Below are positions 1 through 9,002 of a stretch of 64,000 bases of DNA, piece after piece. This DNA is from Chloroflexota bacterium. Its GTDB lineage: Bacteria; Chloroflexota; UBA11872; VXOZ01. A model generated the notes under the pieces. The model was not told the origin of the DNA and searched no databases. It saw only the letters and a list, made by a program, of their open reading frames with translations. Position numbers and translations under genes: made by a program. The stretch spans positions 352,001 to 416,000 of the forward strand of contig CAXXVD010000003.1 in the NCBI GenBank assembly GCA_963662335.2, in the 5' to 3' direction. Each line of letters opens with the position of its first letter. Positions within the stretch are counted from its first letter, which is position 1.

Positions 1-438
1 GTCCGGGGCGGCGGCATCGGGCGGGTGTCGGCGCACTTCGGCTACCTGATGCTCACCGTCGGCGTCTTTGGCTGGATTCTGATGCAGGGCCTGGAACTGG
101 GCATGACCCATGAGACCGCCCAGCCCGCCACGGCGATCTTTGCCGTGCAGTTCAGCATGGGCCTGATTGCCGGCCTGGCCGTTGCCCTGGGCTTCTTGCT
201 GTTGAGCCTTGGCCTGCCCGCCCAGGGGCGGAACGGCAGACCGGTGGCGTTGGCAATCGTCGTCGTTTCCGCAATTGCGCTCGTGAGCCAGGTGGTCGGC
301 ATCAGCGATCCCGGCCTCTACGACACCATGGTGACCGTCACCCGCGCGTGCTACTTTCTCTGGGTAGCCTGGAGCGCGTTTCTTGGCGCGCAGTTGCTGC
401 GGCAGAGCGAGTTTGGCGCCGCCGGCGAAGGCGACTGA
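1..438 (+). CDS. Membrane protein, 5'-truncated by window edge
   Basis: Open frame from position 1 with about 4 hydrophobic segments; stop TGA at 436-438. Confidence 0.65.
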   Translation, partial: VRGGGIGRVSAHFGYLMLTVGVFGWILMQGLELGMTHETAQPATAIFAVQFSMGLIAGLAVALGFLLLSLGLPAQGRNGRPVALAIVVVSAIALVSQVVGISDPGLYDTMVTVTRACYFLWVAWSAFLGAQLLRQSEFGAAGEGD

Positions 439-552
439 GCCCGGCGCGCCGTCCGCTCGCCGGCTGACCCGGCCCACCGCGCCCGCGCCTGACGCGGCGC
501 CCTTTGCTGCGGCATTGGCTCAAAGCTCTCAGAGGAGAAGGGGAAGCGCCGC

Positions 553-1998
553 ATGAGCGGCACGGTGACGAATAGAACGCGCCCGGCGCAGGCGCAGCCG
601 TTGGCAGAGGCCGTCGCGCCGCATGACGCGGCGCCCGCCTTTGCCCACTTGCCCGGCCTGGCGCTGCTGGAGAGCAGCCGGCCGGGGGCGCTTGGGCGCT
701 ATTCCTACCTCACCGCCGATCCGTTTCTGCGCGTGGAGAGCGTGGCCGACCGCATCAGCGTGACCCGGCGCGGCCAGCCCCGGCCCGCGGCAGTGCGCCG
801 CGGCCAACCCTTTGCGGCGCTGCGCGAACTCCTGGCGGAATTCTCCCTGCCGCCCGCGCCGGCAGGCCCGCCCTTTCAGGGCGGCGCGGTGGGTGTCTTT
901 GGCTATGACCTGGGGCGTCAACTGGAAACACTGCCGTCCCTTGCGCGCAGCGACGCCGCTACCCCTGAAATGAGCCTGGGGTTCTACGATTGGGTTCTGG
1001 CGCACGACCACCTGACGCACACGTCTTGGCTGGTGACTACCGGCCTGCCGGAGCGCACGGACGCCGCCGCGGCAGCGCGCCGGGCGCAGGTGCTGGACAT
1101 CCTGGACGCCCGGCGGGCGCGCAACGGCGCACAGGAGGGCGGCTGCGCGGACTTCCGCCTCACCGGCCCGCTGCAAGCGAACCTGACGCGCGCCGGCTAC
1201 GTGGCCATGGTGCGACGGGCGCAGGCCTACATCGCGGCCGGCGACGTCTACCAGGTGAACCTTTCGCAGCGCTTCGAGGCCGGTTGGGAGGGCGCGCCCT
1301 GGACGCTCTACCGGCGCTTGCGGCAGGCAAGCCCGGTGCCGTTCGGGGCCTATCTGGATCTTGGCGGCGCGTGGGTCGTGTCCGCCTCCCCGGAGCGGTT
1401 TCTGCGCGTGCGCAACGGCGCGGTGGAGACCCGGCCGATCAAGGGCACGCGGCCGCGCGGGCGCACGGCTGCCGCGGACGCCGCCCTGGCGCGGGCGCTG
1501 CAAAGCAGCGAAAAAGACCGCGCCGAAAACCTGATGATCGTCGACCTGCTGCGCAACGACCTGGGAAAAGTCTGCCGCGCTGGCTCGATTCGCGTGCCCG
1601 CGCTCTGGCAAATCGAGGGCTACAGCAACGTCTGGCAGCTTGTCAGCGCGGTTACGGGCGAGTTGCGCCCGGACGCCGACGCCCTTTCCGCCCTGGAAGC
1701 CGCCTTTCCGGGCGGCTCGGTGACCGGCTGCCCCAAGATACGGGCCATGGCAATCATCGAGGAGCTTGAGCCGGTGCGGCGCGGCTTCTACTGCGGCGCG
1801 CTCGGCTACGTGGGCTTCGACGGCGCCATGGACACCAGCATCGTGATCCGCACACTGGCGCTCACCCGCGACCGCCTCTCCTTGCAGGTGGGCGGCGCGG
1901 TGGTGGCCGATTCCGAGCCGGACGCCGAGTATCAGGAGACCCTGGTGAAAGCCCAAGCGGCCCGGCGCGCCCTGGCAGAAACAGGAGCGGCGCTTTGA
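553..1998 (+). CDS. pabB: Aminodeoxychorismate synthase component I
   Basis: Chorismate-binding motifs LLES, YQVNLSQRF, SASPERF, TRPIKGTRPRG, AENLMIVDLLRNDLG, FPGGSVTGCPK; adjacent to a class IV aminotransferase. Confidence 0.92.
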   Translation: MSGTVTNRTRPAQAQPLAEAVAPHDAAPAFAHLPGLALLESSRPGALGRYSYLTADPFLRVESVADRISVTRRGQPRPAAVRRGQPFAALRELLAEFSLPPAPAGPPFQGGAVGVFGYDLGRQLETLPSLARSDAATPEMSLGFYDWVLAHDHLTHTSWLVTTGLPERTDAAAAARRAQVLDILDARRARNGAQEGGCADFRLTGPLQANLTRAGYVAMVRRAQAYIAAGDVYQVNLSQRFEAGWEGAPWTLYRRLRQASPVPFGAYLDLGGAWVVSASPERFLRVRNGAVETRPIKGTRPRGRTAAADAALARALQSSEKDRAENLMIVDLLRNDLGKVCRAGSIRVPALWQIEGYSNVWQLVSAVTGELRPDADALSALEAAFPGGSVTGCPKIRAMAIIEELEPVRRGFYCGALGYVGFDGAMDTSIVIRTLALTRDRLSLQVGGAVVADSEPDAEYQETLVKAQAARRALAETGAAL

Positions 1999-2011
1999 GG
2001 CACGACACACC

Positions 2012-2096
2012 GCGCGCTAGGCAACAACGCGCAGGCAAGAGCGCGCTAGCCAACAGCGCGCAGGCAAGAGCATGCTAGCCAACAGCGCGCAGGCAC
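2012..2096. repeat. Three tandem copies of a ~29-bp unit (GCGCGCTAGCCAACAGCGCGCAGGCAAGA)
   Basis: Directly visible degenerate tandem repeat between pabB and pabC. Confidence 0.8.
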
Positions 2097-2115
2097 CGCC
2101 AGACGACATCCCAAC

Positions 2116-2246
2116 TGTCATTCCGAGCGTAGCGAGGAATCTAGAAGTGCCCGCGCACGAGATTCTTCGTCGCTACGCTCCTCAGAGTGACAATTGTCGC
2201 GTCCCTTGCGCTACGCCTTAGATTCCTCGCTGCGCTCGGAATGACA
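2116..2246. repeat. REP-like palindromic element family A (GTCATTCCGAGCG.AGCGAGGAATCT...AGATTC...GAATGAC) plus an extra right half
   Basis: Inverted repeat; same element recurs near 10415, 56251 and 63017. Confidence 0.85.
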
Positions 2247-3164
2247 GGCGCGCGCAACCTGCGGCGGATACGGAGGGGGACTATCAGCGAGCCGGTCTGT
2301 TACGTGAACGGACGCCTCGTGCCGGAGCGCGCGGGCGCGGTCTCGGCGCTGGACCGCGGGCTGCTGCTCGGCGACGGCCTCTTCGAGACCATGCGCGTCT
2401 TGGAAGGCCGCATCCTCCAGTGGCGGCGGCATTGGCAGCGGCTCGACGCCGGCGCGCGGACGATTGGCCTCGCCCTGCCCTGGACGGCAGGCGACCTGCA
2501 TGAGGCGGTGGAGCAGACGCTGCGCGCCAATCACCTGCGCGAGGCAACCGCGCGCCTCACCGTCACGCGCGGTTTCTCGCCCGCCGCGCGCGGCCTGCCG
2601 CCGCCCGCCGACGCCCGGCCCACGCTCCTTATCCGCGCCGCGCCATTCGCGCCCTACCCGCAACATCTCTACCAGGACGGGATGCGCGTCATCGTCAGCC
2701 GCCGCACGCGGCGCAACGAACACTCGCCGCTCTCCCGCGTCAAGTCGCTCTGCTACCTCGACAACGTCATCGCCCGCCAGGAAGCGGCGTCTGCTCTGCC
2801 TCCTGCCGACGAGGCGCTGCTGCTGAATGCGCAGGGCTACGTGGCGTGCGCCACGACCGCGAATGTCTTTCTCGTGCGAGGCGGCCGGCTACACACTCCC
2901 GCAATCGCCCACGGCGCGCTGCCGGGCACCGTGCGCGCCCTGCTCATTGCAGAACTCGCGCCGCGCAGCAGCCGCGCCGTGGACACGACCCGCCTCGACG
3001 AGGCCGACCTGCGCCAGGCCGACGAAATCTTCCTCACCAACGCCCTGATGGGCATCATGCCCGTCCGCGCCATCGACGACCGGCCGGTGGGCGGCGCCAC
3101 GCCGGGCCCGGTGACGCAGGCTCTTTGCGCCGCGTATGCGGAGTGGCTGTCGTCGTTCCGTTGA
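2241..3164 (+). CDS. pabC: PLP-dependent class IV aminotransferase / 4-amino-4-deoxychorismate lyase (start uncertain: ATG 2241 or ATC 2283)
   Basis: DRGLLLGDGLFET, catalytic K in VKSLCY, DEALLLN, ALPGTVR, ADEIFLTNA; follows pabB. Confidence 0.8.
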   Translation: MTGARNLRRIRRGTISEPVCYVNGRLVPERAGAVSALDRGLLLGDGLFETMRVLEGRILQWRRHWQRLDAGARTIGLALPWTAGDLHEAVEQTLRANHLREATARLTVTRGFSPAARGLPPPADARPTLLIRAAPFAPYPQHLYQDGMRVIVSRRTRRNEHSPLSRVKSLCYLDNVIARQEAASALPPADEALLLNAQGYVACATTANVFLVRGGRLHTPAIAHGALPGTVRALLIAELAPRSSRAVDTTRLDEADLRQADEIFLTNALMGIMPVRAIDDRPVGGATPGPVTQALCAAYAEWLSSFR

Positions 3165-3230
3165 AGTCGCCGGTTCACGCCCCGCCGGCGTTGCCCCTAC
3201 GTTCGGGACGCTGAGACCGCCGCGAAAGGG

Positions 3231-3259
3231 GTGACAAAGAGGCCTTTGGCTGCTATACT
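3231..3259 (+). promoter_or_regulatory. Sigma70-type promoter of the tRNA pair
   Basis: GTGACA-N17-TATACT about 40 nt upstream of tRNA-Tyr. Confidence 0.7.
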
Positions 3260-3299
3260 TAAGGCAAGGAAGCGTAAACCTGCTTGCTGCCTGATTTAT

Positions 3300-3383
3300 G
3301 GGTCGGTGGGCGAGCGGTCAAAACCACCAGACTGTAAATCTGGCGCCGTAATGGCTACGGAGGTTCGAATCCTCCCCGGCCCA
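3300..3383 (+). tRNA. tRNA-Tyr (GTA)
   Basis: Acceptor GGGTCGG/CCGGCCC, anticodon arm CCAGA-CTGTAAA-TCTGG, long variable arm, GTTCGAATC T-loop; 3' end ACCG, so CCA not fully encoded. Confidence 0.97.
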
Positions 3384-3417
3384 CCGCGATTGTTCTCCGC
3401 GCAATTGAGAACGCACT

Positions 3418-3495
3418 GGTCCCGTGGTGTAGTTGGCCTAACACACGGCCCTGTCAAGGCTGAGATCGCCGGTTCGAATCCGGTCGGGACCGCCA
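3418..3495 (+). tRNA. tRNA-Asp (GTC)
   Basis: Acceptor GGTCCCG/CGGGACC, anticodon loop CTGTCAA, GTTCGAATC, encoded CCA. Confidence 0.97.
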
Positions 3496-3600
3496 TCTGA
3501 TGGCCATGCCTGGATTGCAGCCATAGCTGCCCAGCGGCACGAGAGAAGTGTGCCCGCACGCGCCTCTCGTTTGTTTAAGCGCACGGCCATGCGAAGATTA

Positions 3601-3637
3601 AAGAAGCCGCGAGCGGTTTTCGCTCGCGGCTTCTTCA
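3601..3637. terminator. Probable bidirectional intrinsic terminator
   Basis: AAGAAGCCGCGAGCG-GTTTT-CGCTCGCGGCTTCTT perfect hairpin between convergent tRNAs and the 3705 ORF. Confidence 0.8.
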
Positions 3638-3704
3638 CATTCCGAATGCGCAGAATTCCGAGTGCGCGCAAAGCGGCATCGGCGGGTAAGCGGAGCGGGG
3701 CCCC

Positions 3705-4175
3705 CTAGCGTCCCACCGGCTGCGCCGCGGCTTCCGGCGCTTCCACCATCCTGCTCATCCGCGCTTCCTCGCGCTTCTTCTGCGCCCAGCGCTTGGTGGT
3801 GATCAGGCGCTTGCGGCGGTACTCCACGTCGGTGTGGTACTTGTTGCGCACGTAGCACTTGCGGCAGCGCAACGCCCGTTGCACCTCGGCGCCGCAATCG
3901 ATGCAGAACTTCGGCTCCTTGGGCTTCTTGGGCTGCTTGCTCAGGCGGATGCGGCGCAGTTCCGCCACGCGCTCCTTGTTCTCCCGCGCCCAGCGCCGGT
4001 TCTTCTCCAGGATCTTATCCTTATTGCGCTGGTAGTAGCGTTTGAAATAGGTGGAAAGCCGTTCGGCGCGGCCGCAACGGGCGCACAAGCCGGCGCGCTT
4101 GGATTTACCGTCACGCTGACCGGTAATATCGGTCTCGCAGCGCGCACAGGTGAGGACTTGAACTGTTGCCTCCAT
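3705..4175 (-). CDS. Hypothetical basic protein with four CxxC motifs (putative double zinc finger)
   Basis: GGAGG RBS 5 nt before ATG 4175; CARC, CARC, CIDC, CRKC; K/R-rich helices; host-like codon usage. Confidence 0.8.
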   Translation of the reverse strand: MEATVQVLTCARCETDITGQRDGKSKRAGLCARCGRAERLSTYFKRYYQRNKDKILEKNRRWARENKERVAELRRIRLSKQPKKPKEPKFCIDCGAEVQRALRCRKCYVRNKYHTDVEYRRKRLITTKRWAQKKREEARMSRMVEAPEAAAQPVGR

Positions 4176-4331
4176 CGGAACCTCCAACGAGAACTAAACG
4201 ACGGTACCCGGAACTCCGGCACGTGCCGCACACAACCGCGCCGGTATGGCGCTCTCGCTTCCGGCGGCAACCGCATTGCCACCCAAAAGCCCCTGTTCCC
4301 TACTTTGTGTGCACTTTCACATGCGCCCCCT

Positions 4332-4361
4332 ATAATATCTGAGAATAGCCGCTGCTGTCAA
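4332..4361 (-). promoter_or_regulatory. Promoter for the CxxC protein
   Basis: TTGACA-N18-TATTAT on the minus strand. Confidence 0.6.
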
Positions 4362-4758
4362 GATTCTGAAAAAACGATTGATGCGCGCTATTACGGGGAA
4401 AAGTGCCTCTCCAGCCGATGCACTCCGCACTTTTTTCCTAAGAGATTGATAAGAAATTTCCCCTTTGGCGGCGCTTCTCTCCCCTACCCAGCTACGCTAT
4501 ATCTACACCACGTTCGACCGCTTTGCGCCACTGCGGCATACTACAAATCGAAGCGGCCGACTGAGCGCTCATCCTAATCTACAACGCCTGCGGCGGCGGG
4601 ATTCGCGAACCGGTTGCTTGTCACTCGTTGGGGTGGGCTTTTCCGCTTGCCAGGGATGTTACAATAATCACAAGCTCGACGATGAATTGATTGATAGTCG
4701 GCGGCAAAAGGCATTCGCCTGGCACGATGCGGCCCGGGCGAACAATGGATCGCTTCCC

Positions 4759-5694
4759 GTGGCAACGGCATCCAAAATCGATTCTCCCGCCTGGCCGGCC
4801 GTGCCGCCCACCGGCTGGAGTTGGCCCGCGTTCGCGTTGGGCGCCTTCTGGTACTTGCGGCAGGGCATGGCGGCCAAGGGTCGTGTGCTGCTCGTGCCCC
4901 AGGTACTCGTGCTCGCGCTCGCCGCCGTCAACGCGCTCTTCATTGCCCGCCAGTCGTCGTTGGCGGATGCGGCGCTGCCGGCCGGCGTGGCCGCGCTGGT
5001 GCTCTGGTCGTTCGCCGGCTCCTATTGCGCCGCCTCGTTTCGCGCCGACGCCTACCGCCGTTGGCGCCTGGCCAACGACCACGCGCCGCTCGTGCCGACC
5101 CAGTGGCAGTGGGGAGCGTTTCTGCTCACCGGCGGCTGGTACGTGGCGCACGGGATGCGCATCAAGGGCCTCTGGCTCTGGCTGGCGTTCTTCACGGCGG
5201 TGGGCAGCGTGGTCGGCATTCCGCTGGCGTTTGCCCTCATGTGCTACTGCGGCGCAAATTTCCGGGCGGAGCGCTTCCTGGAGAAACCGCCGGCGCGCAT
5301 CGGCCCCACGCCGCAAGAACGCTGGATCCACCAGGACCTCCTGAAGGCGCTGGCGCCGGTGGCGCGCACGTCGCAAGCGCCGCTGCGCGCCTCGCTGCTG
5401 GAAAGCGCCGCGCGCGGCCTGCGCCGCCAGGGCTACACGGTGCGCCTGGGCGACGAACACGATGAAACGGCCGCCTCCCTTACGCTGGAGCGAGGTTTGC
5501 GCTTCCTGGCCGTGCGCGTAGTGTTTGCGTCGCCGGCGCCCGCGGCGGAGGTAGAGAAACTGACGGCGGCGTTGGGAGACGACGCGCACAAGGTCGGCGT
5601 GCTGGTGGCGAACGGCCCGCTCTCCGAACCGGCGCAAACGGCGGCGGCACAGGCGCACGTGCGCGTGCTCGCTGCGCAGGATGGAGCAGCGTAG
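4759..5694 (+). CDS. Membrane protein with two DUF2628-like repeats and a C-terminal Mrr/restriction-endonuclease-like domain (start uncertain)
   Basis: WSWPAFALGAFWYLRQGM and WQWGAFLLTGGWYVAHGM repeats; C-terminal LRRQGYTV...VGVLVANGPLSEPAQTAA resembles the Mrr_cat fold. Confidence 0.65.
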   Translation: MATASKIDSPAWPAVPPTGWSWPAFALGAFWYLRQGMAAKGRVLLVPQVLVLALAAVNALFIARQSSLADAALPAGVAALVLWSFAGSYCAASFRADAYRRWRLANDHAPLVPTQWQWGAFLLTGGWYVAHGMRIKGLWLWLAFFTAVGSVVGIPLAFALMCYCGANFRAERFLEKPPARIGPTPQERWIHQDLLKALAPVARTSQAPLRASLLESAARGLRRQGYTVRLGDEHDETAASLTLERGLRFLAVRVVFASPAPAAEVEKLTAALGDDAHKVGVLVANGPLSEPAQTAAAQAHVRVLAAQDGAA

Positions 5695-5792
5695 CCGCGC
5701 GAATCGCCTTGCAAGGCAGGTTTTCGTTGCTTAAGTTAAGTAAGGAAGCGGCGCAGCAATAACGGACTGCTAGAGTCCAAAGGACGGTTCCC

Positions 5793-6617
5793 GTGAAGGC
5801 ACGGCAGCTTGGGATACTGGGGTTTGCGATAATCGTCGCCGTCGCGCTGGCGCGCTGGCTGCGGCGCTGGGCCGGCGATCCGCCCACGCGGCGCGCCGCG
5901 CACAAAGAGGCGATCGAGCCGCCGGAACTGGTCGCGCGCTACAGCCGCTTCATGGCGTTGCCCCCCATGCGGGTGTTGCGCGCCGTCCTGGCGCGGTACG
6001 CCACCGCGCCCGCGTTAGCCGCGCCGCCGCCCGCCGCTTCGCCCTGGCGCATCCTCGACGTTGGCTGCGGGCCGGGCTGGTTTCCCCTGGAGTTGGCCGA
6101 CCGCGCGCCCGCGGCCGTGGTCGTCGGCGCGGACCTCTCCCGGCCGATGGTGGCGACGGCCGTCGCCCACGCCGCGGCCGCGCGCCGGCAGCAGCGCGTC
6201 TGCTTCGCCCAGGCGCGCGGCGAAGTCCTGCCGTTCGCGGACGGCACATTCGACCTGGTCGTGAGCACGCTGGCGCTCCATCACCTGCAGGAGCCGGTGG
6301 CCGCACTGGAGGAATTGCGGCGCGTCGCGCGGCCGGCCGGCCGGATAATCGTGTTCGATATCCGGCGCGACGTGCACCCCTGGCTGTGGACGCTGTTCAA
6401 GGCAAGCCAGGTCTGCATCGACGGCCTGGCGCTCTGCGAGCATGGCGAGCCGATCGCGTCAATTGCCGCCGCGTACACCGCGCGGGAGGCGCGCCGGCTG
6501 GCCCTCCAGGCCGGCTGGGAACGGGCGCGGGTGCGGCAGGGCCCGGGCTGGATTGTGCTGGAGCGTACTGCTGCGCCGGCGGCCCCGCGCAAACGTAGCG
6601 CCGCAACCGCCGGTTAG
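5793..6617 (+). CDS. Class I SAM-dependent methyltransferase with N-terminal membrane anchor
   Basis: ILDVGCGPG, GADLS, LPFADGTFDLVVSTLALHH. Confidence 0.88.
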   Translation: MKARQLGILGFAIIVAVALARWLRRWAGDPPTRRAAHKEAIEPPELVARYSRFMALPPMRVLRAVLARYATAPALAAPPPAASPWRILDVGCGPGWFPLELADRAPAAVVVGADLSRPMVATAVAHAAAARRQQRVCFAQARGEVLPFADGTFDLVVSTLALHHLQEPVAALEELRRVARPAGRIIVFDIRRDVHPWLWTLFKASQVCIDGLALCEHGEPIASIAAAYTAREARRLALQAGWERARVRQGPGWIVLERTAAPAAPRKRSAATAG

Positions 6618-6635
6618 AACTGCTGAGAAACACGC

Positions 6636-7967
6636 TTGAACACTGAGATTTCAGACTCCACGCAACCGCCCGAATCTCCGCCGCTGGCGCGGGCGCGCGG
6701 CTTGCGCGTACGACAAGAGACGTTGGCGCGCATCCGGGCGGGACACCAGGTCATTCTCGACGAACTCAAACCCACCCGGGCGCAAATCGACCGCGGCTTG
6801 GCACTGCACTACAACAGTTTCGTCGCCGACGTGCAGGGCTCAGTGCAGATGAGCTCGACCCACGGCATTGTGGGCGACCGGCTGCGGCAAGACCTGGAAC
6901 CGTATCGCGGAGAACTAGCCAAGCAAAACCTGGGCCCCGCTGAGTCCCAGCGCCGCCTGGACGCAATCCACTTCCGGCGGAAGACGTTCGAATCGGCCTT
7001 CGACGAACAGTGGCGCGCAGAATCCGAGGCGCTCTATCGGATCGCCGGGGTGCGCCTGGGCGTTTCGGACGTGGCCGGTCCCGAGCAAAACACCTTTGCC
7101 GCCGCTCTCGACCGCCTCGCGCGCGTCAACTTCGTCTACGACCGGCGCGGCGACCTCAGACGGGCCGTCACGATCGCAGACATCGAGCAGGCGCGCCGCG
7201 GCGGCAAGCCCAGCGTGCTGTTTCACCTGGCCGGCGTCGGCTGTTTCGCGGAAACCTCAGATCCCCTGCGGAACCTGGACCTGTTCTACGCGCTGGGCGT
7301 GCGCATGTCCCAACTCACCTACATCCAGGCTAACGGCCTGTGCAGTTCCTACTTGCAGGAGCGCGACACCGGCCTGACGCCGCTCGGCGGGCAGGTGGTG
7401 CGGCGCATGAACGAATTGGGCGTCATGGTGGACCTGGCCCACAGCGGCGAGCGGTCGGCGTTCGACATCATCGCGGCCTCATCCGAGCCGGTGATGATCA
7501 GCCACACCGGCTGCCGGGCCGTGTATGACGACTCCACGAACCGCGGCTATCTGGAAAAGGTGTTCGCCCAGCCCTATGCCCGCGGGCTGACGCCGCCAGG
7601 CACACCGGGCAGCCGCAACGCCAGCGACGAACTCATGCGGGCGGTGGCCGCCCAGGGCGGCCTGGTGGCGATCTACGCCATCGATTACATGCTGGGAACC
7701 GGCCCGGAATCGTTCCTCACCTGGCACCGCCACCTGGAGCGCGCGCTCAGTGTCGCCGGCAGCGACCACGTGGCCGTCGGCACTGACCGCACCTTCTTCC
7801 CCGGCTGGCGCCCCGCGCCACTGGACTGGACGAACTGGCCCTACTGGACCGTGGGCCTGGTCTGCAAAGGCCATTCCGACGACGAAATCCAAAAGATCAT
7901 CGGCGGCAACTTCCTGCGCTACGCCCGCCGCGTGCTGGATAAACGCCCGTGGGGAGCGTTTATGTAG
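6636..7967 (+). CDS. Membrane dipeptidase (peptidase M19)-like protein with degenerate metal site
   Basis: LGVRMSQLTY, GLTPLG..VVRRMNELGVMVDLAH, ISHTG, RN, GTD, KIIGGNFLR. Confidence 0.8.
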   Translation: MNTEISDSTQPPESPPLARARGLRVRQETLARIRAGHQVILDELKPTRAQIDRGLALHYNSFVADVQGSVQMSSTHGIVGDRLRQDLEPYRGELAKQNLGPAESQRRLDAIHFRRKTFESAFDEQWRAESEALYRIAGVRLGVSDVAGPEQNTFAAALDRLARVNFVYDRRGDLRRAVTIADIEQARRGGKPSVLFHLAGVGCFAETSDPLRNLDLFYALGVRMSQLTYIQANGLCSSYLQERDTGLTPLGGQVVRRMNELGVMVDLAHSGERSAFDIIAASSEPVMISHTGCRAVYDDSTNRGYLEKVFAQPYARGLTPPGTPGSRNASDELMRAVAAQGGLVAIYAIDYMLGTGPESFLTWHRHLERALSVAGSDHVAVGTDRTFFPGWRPAPLDWTNWPYWTVGLVCKGHSDDEIQKIIGGNFLRYARRVLDKRPWGAFM

Positions 7968-8059
7968 TCCTTAGTTATGCAAGGACCTGCAATTGCGTGG
8001 GATAATGGACTCGCAACTGGCATCGACGTGCGGCCGCAGGCCCTTTAACGGGTGAAGCA

Positions 8060-8581
8060 ATGGCAGACGTGGAAATTCAGGTTAAGACGCGAGGCGGCGC
8101 GGCAATACACAGAGCCGAAGTGCTGGCAGCGTACCCGGACGGTAGATACCTCACCGGTCAGACTGACAGCGACGGCACGTGCCGGTTGGATTTGTACCGC
8201 GTCGACCTGGAAATGAAGATACTGATAGCCGCGGCCGGCCATCTTCCTTTCCACAGAGTCGTCGTCCCGGGGAAATGGAATGGAGAACCCTTTGCGTTAG
8301 AGCCAACCGAAGATGAGAGAAAGGCGCTCCTCTTCACCCGGAGCACAGGATACATCCCAGGCATCGAGGGTCGCCTCAATCCACACAAAGATGGCTATCT
8401 CTACGGTGACAACATCGCCATAAACGGCAAACTTGCCACGCCCGCCGCTCGCTTCGCAATAGGGGAATGCCTTCACCTGCTCGACGTGTTTGGCGTCGAG
8501 ACAACCGTTCGATTCTTGGTAGTCGAGGGACAGTTTTCACTTATTGAATACACTGAGCCCAGGGCATACGCAGGGGAGTAA
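8060..8581 (+). CDS. Hypothetical protein (beta-rich, GYIPGIEGRLNP...YLYGDNIAING motif)
   Basis: 173-aa ORF in a lower-GC islet, 2 nt upstream of the next gene. Confidence 0.7.
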   Translation: MADVEIQVKTRGGAAIHRAEVLAAYPDGRYLTGQTDSDGTCRLDLYRVDLEMKILIAAAGHLPFHRVVVPGKWNGEPFALEPTEDERKALLFTRSTGYIPGIEGRLNPHKDGYLYGDNIAINGKLATPAARFAIGECLHLLDVFGVETTVRFLVVEGQFSLIEYTEPRAYAGE

Positions 8582-8583
8582 GC

Positions 8584-8952
8584 ATGGCCACGGCTGAGCA
8601 GCACCGGGAAATTAGCATGCAATTCTTGGACCATGCGGAGGACGAATTACGTAAGGGTGACCTCCTTCAGGCCTCCGAGAAAGCATGGGGGGCGGTTTCG
8701 CACTTCGTGAATTCCGTTGCCCGCCAGCGGAATTGGGCGCTGGGGGCCCACAGGCAACTGATCCAAAATGCCAACCGGTTGATCAACCAGGATCCGGCAA
8801 ACGCCAGTCATAGGCGAAGGCTGCTACTATCAATCGAGGCTCTTCACGCCAACTTCTATCACGCGCACTTGGACGAAGCCTTGGTTAGGGAGGGACTTGA
8901 GGGGGCCAAGGATCTCATCGGGGCCTTGGACGACCTAAGCTCTGAGGATTAG
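8584..8952 (+). CDS. PaREP1 / HEPN-like protein
   Basis: AEDELRKGDLLQASEKAWGA and LHANFYH motifs typical of PaREP1; GGGGAG RBS. Confidence 0.8.
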   Translation: MATAEQHREISMQFLDHAEDELRKGDLLQASEKAWGAVSHFVNSVARQRNWALGAHRQLIQNANRLINQDPANASHRRRLLLSIEALHANFYHAHLDEALVREGLEGAKDLIGALDDLSSED

Positions 8953-9002
8953 AAGGCTACCTGGAAGTCTGCTTGGGACGCTCAGCATCCTAGGCCGCCC
9001 GC

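Noticed and set aside
3300-3386. tRNA-Tyr ending ACCG as a pseudogene
   Set aside because: Cloverleaf is intact; CCA can be added after transcription
3495-5700. Prophage or integrative element at tRNA-Asp
   Set aside because: No integrase, no duplicated tRNA 3' end, host-like composition downstream
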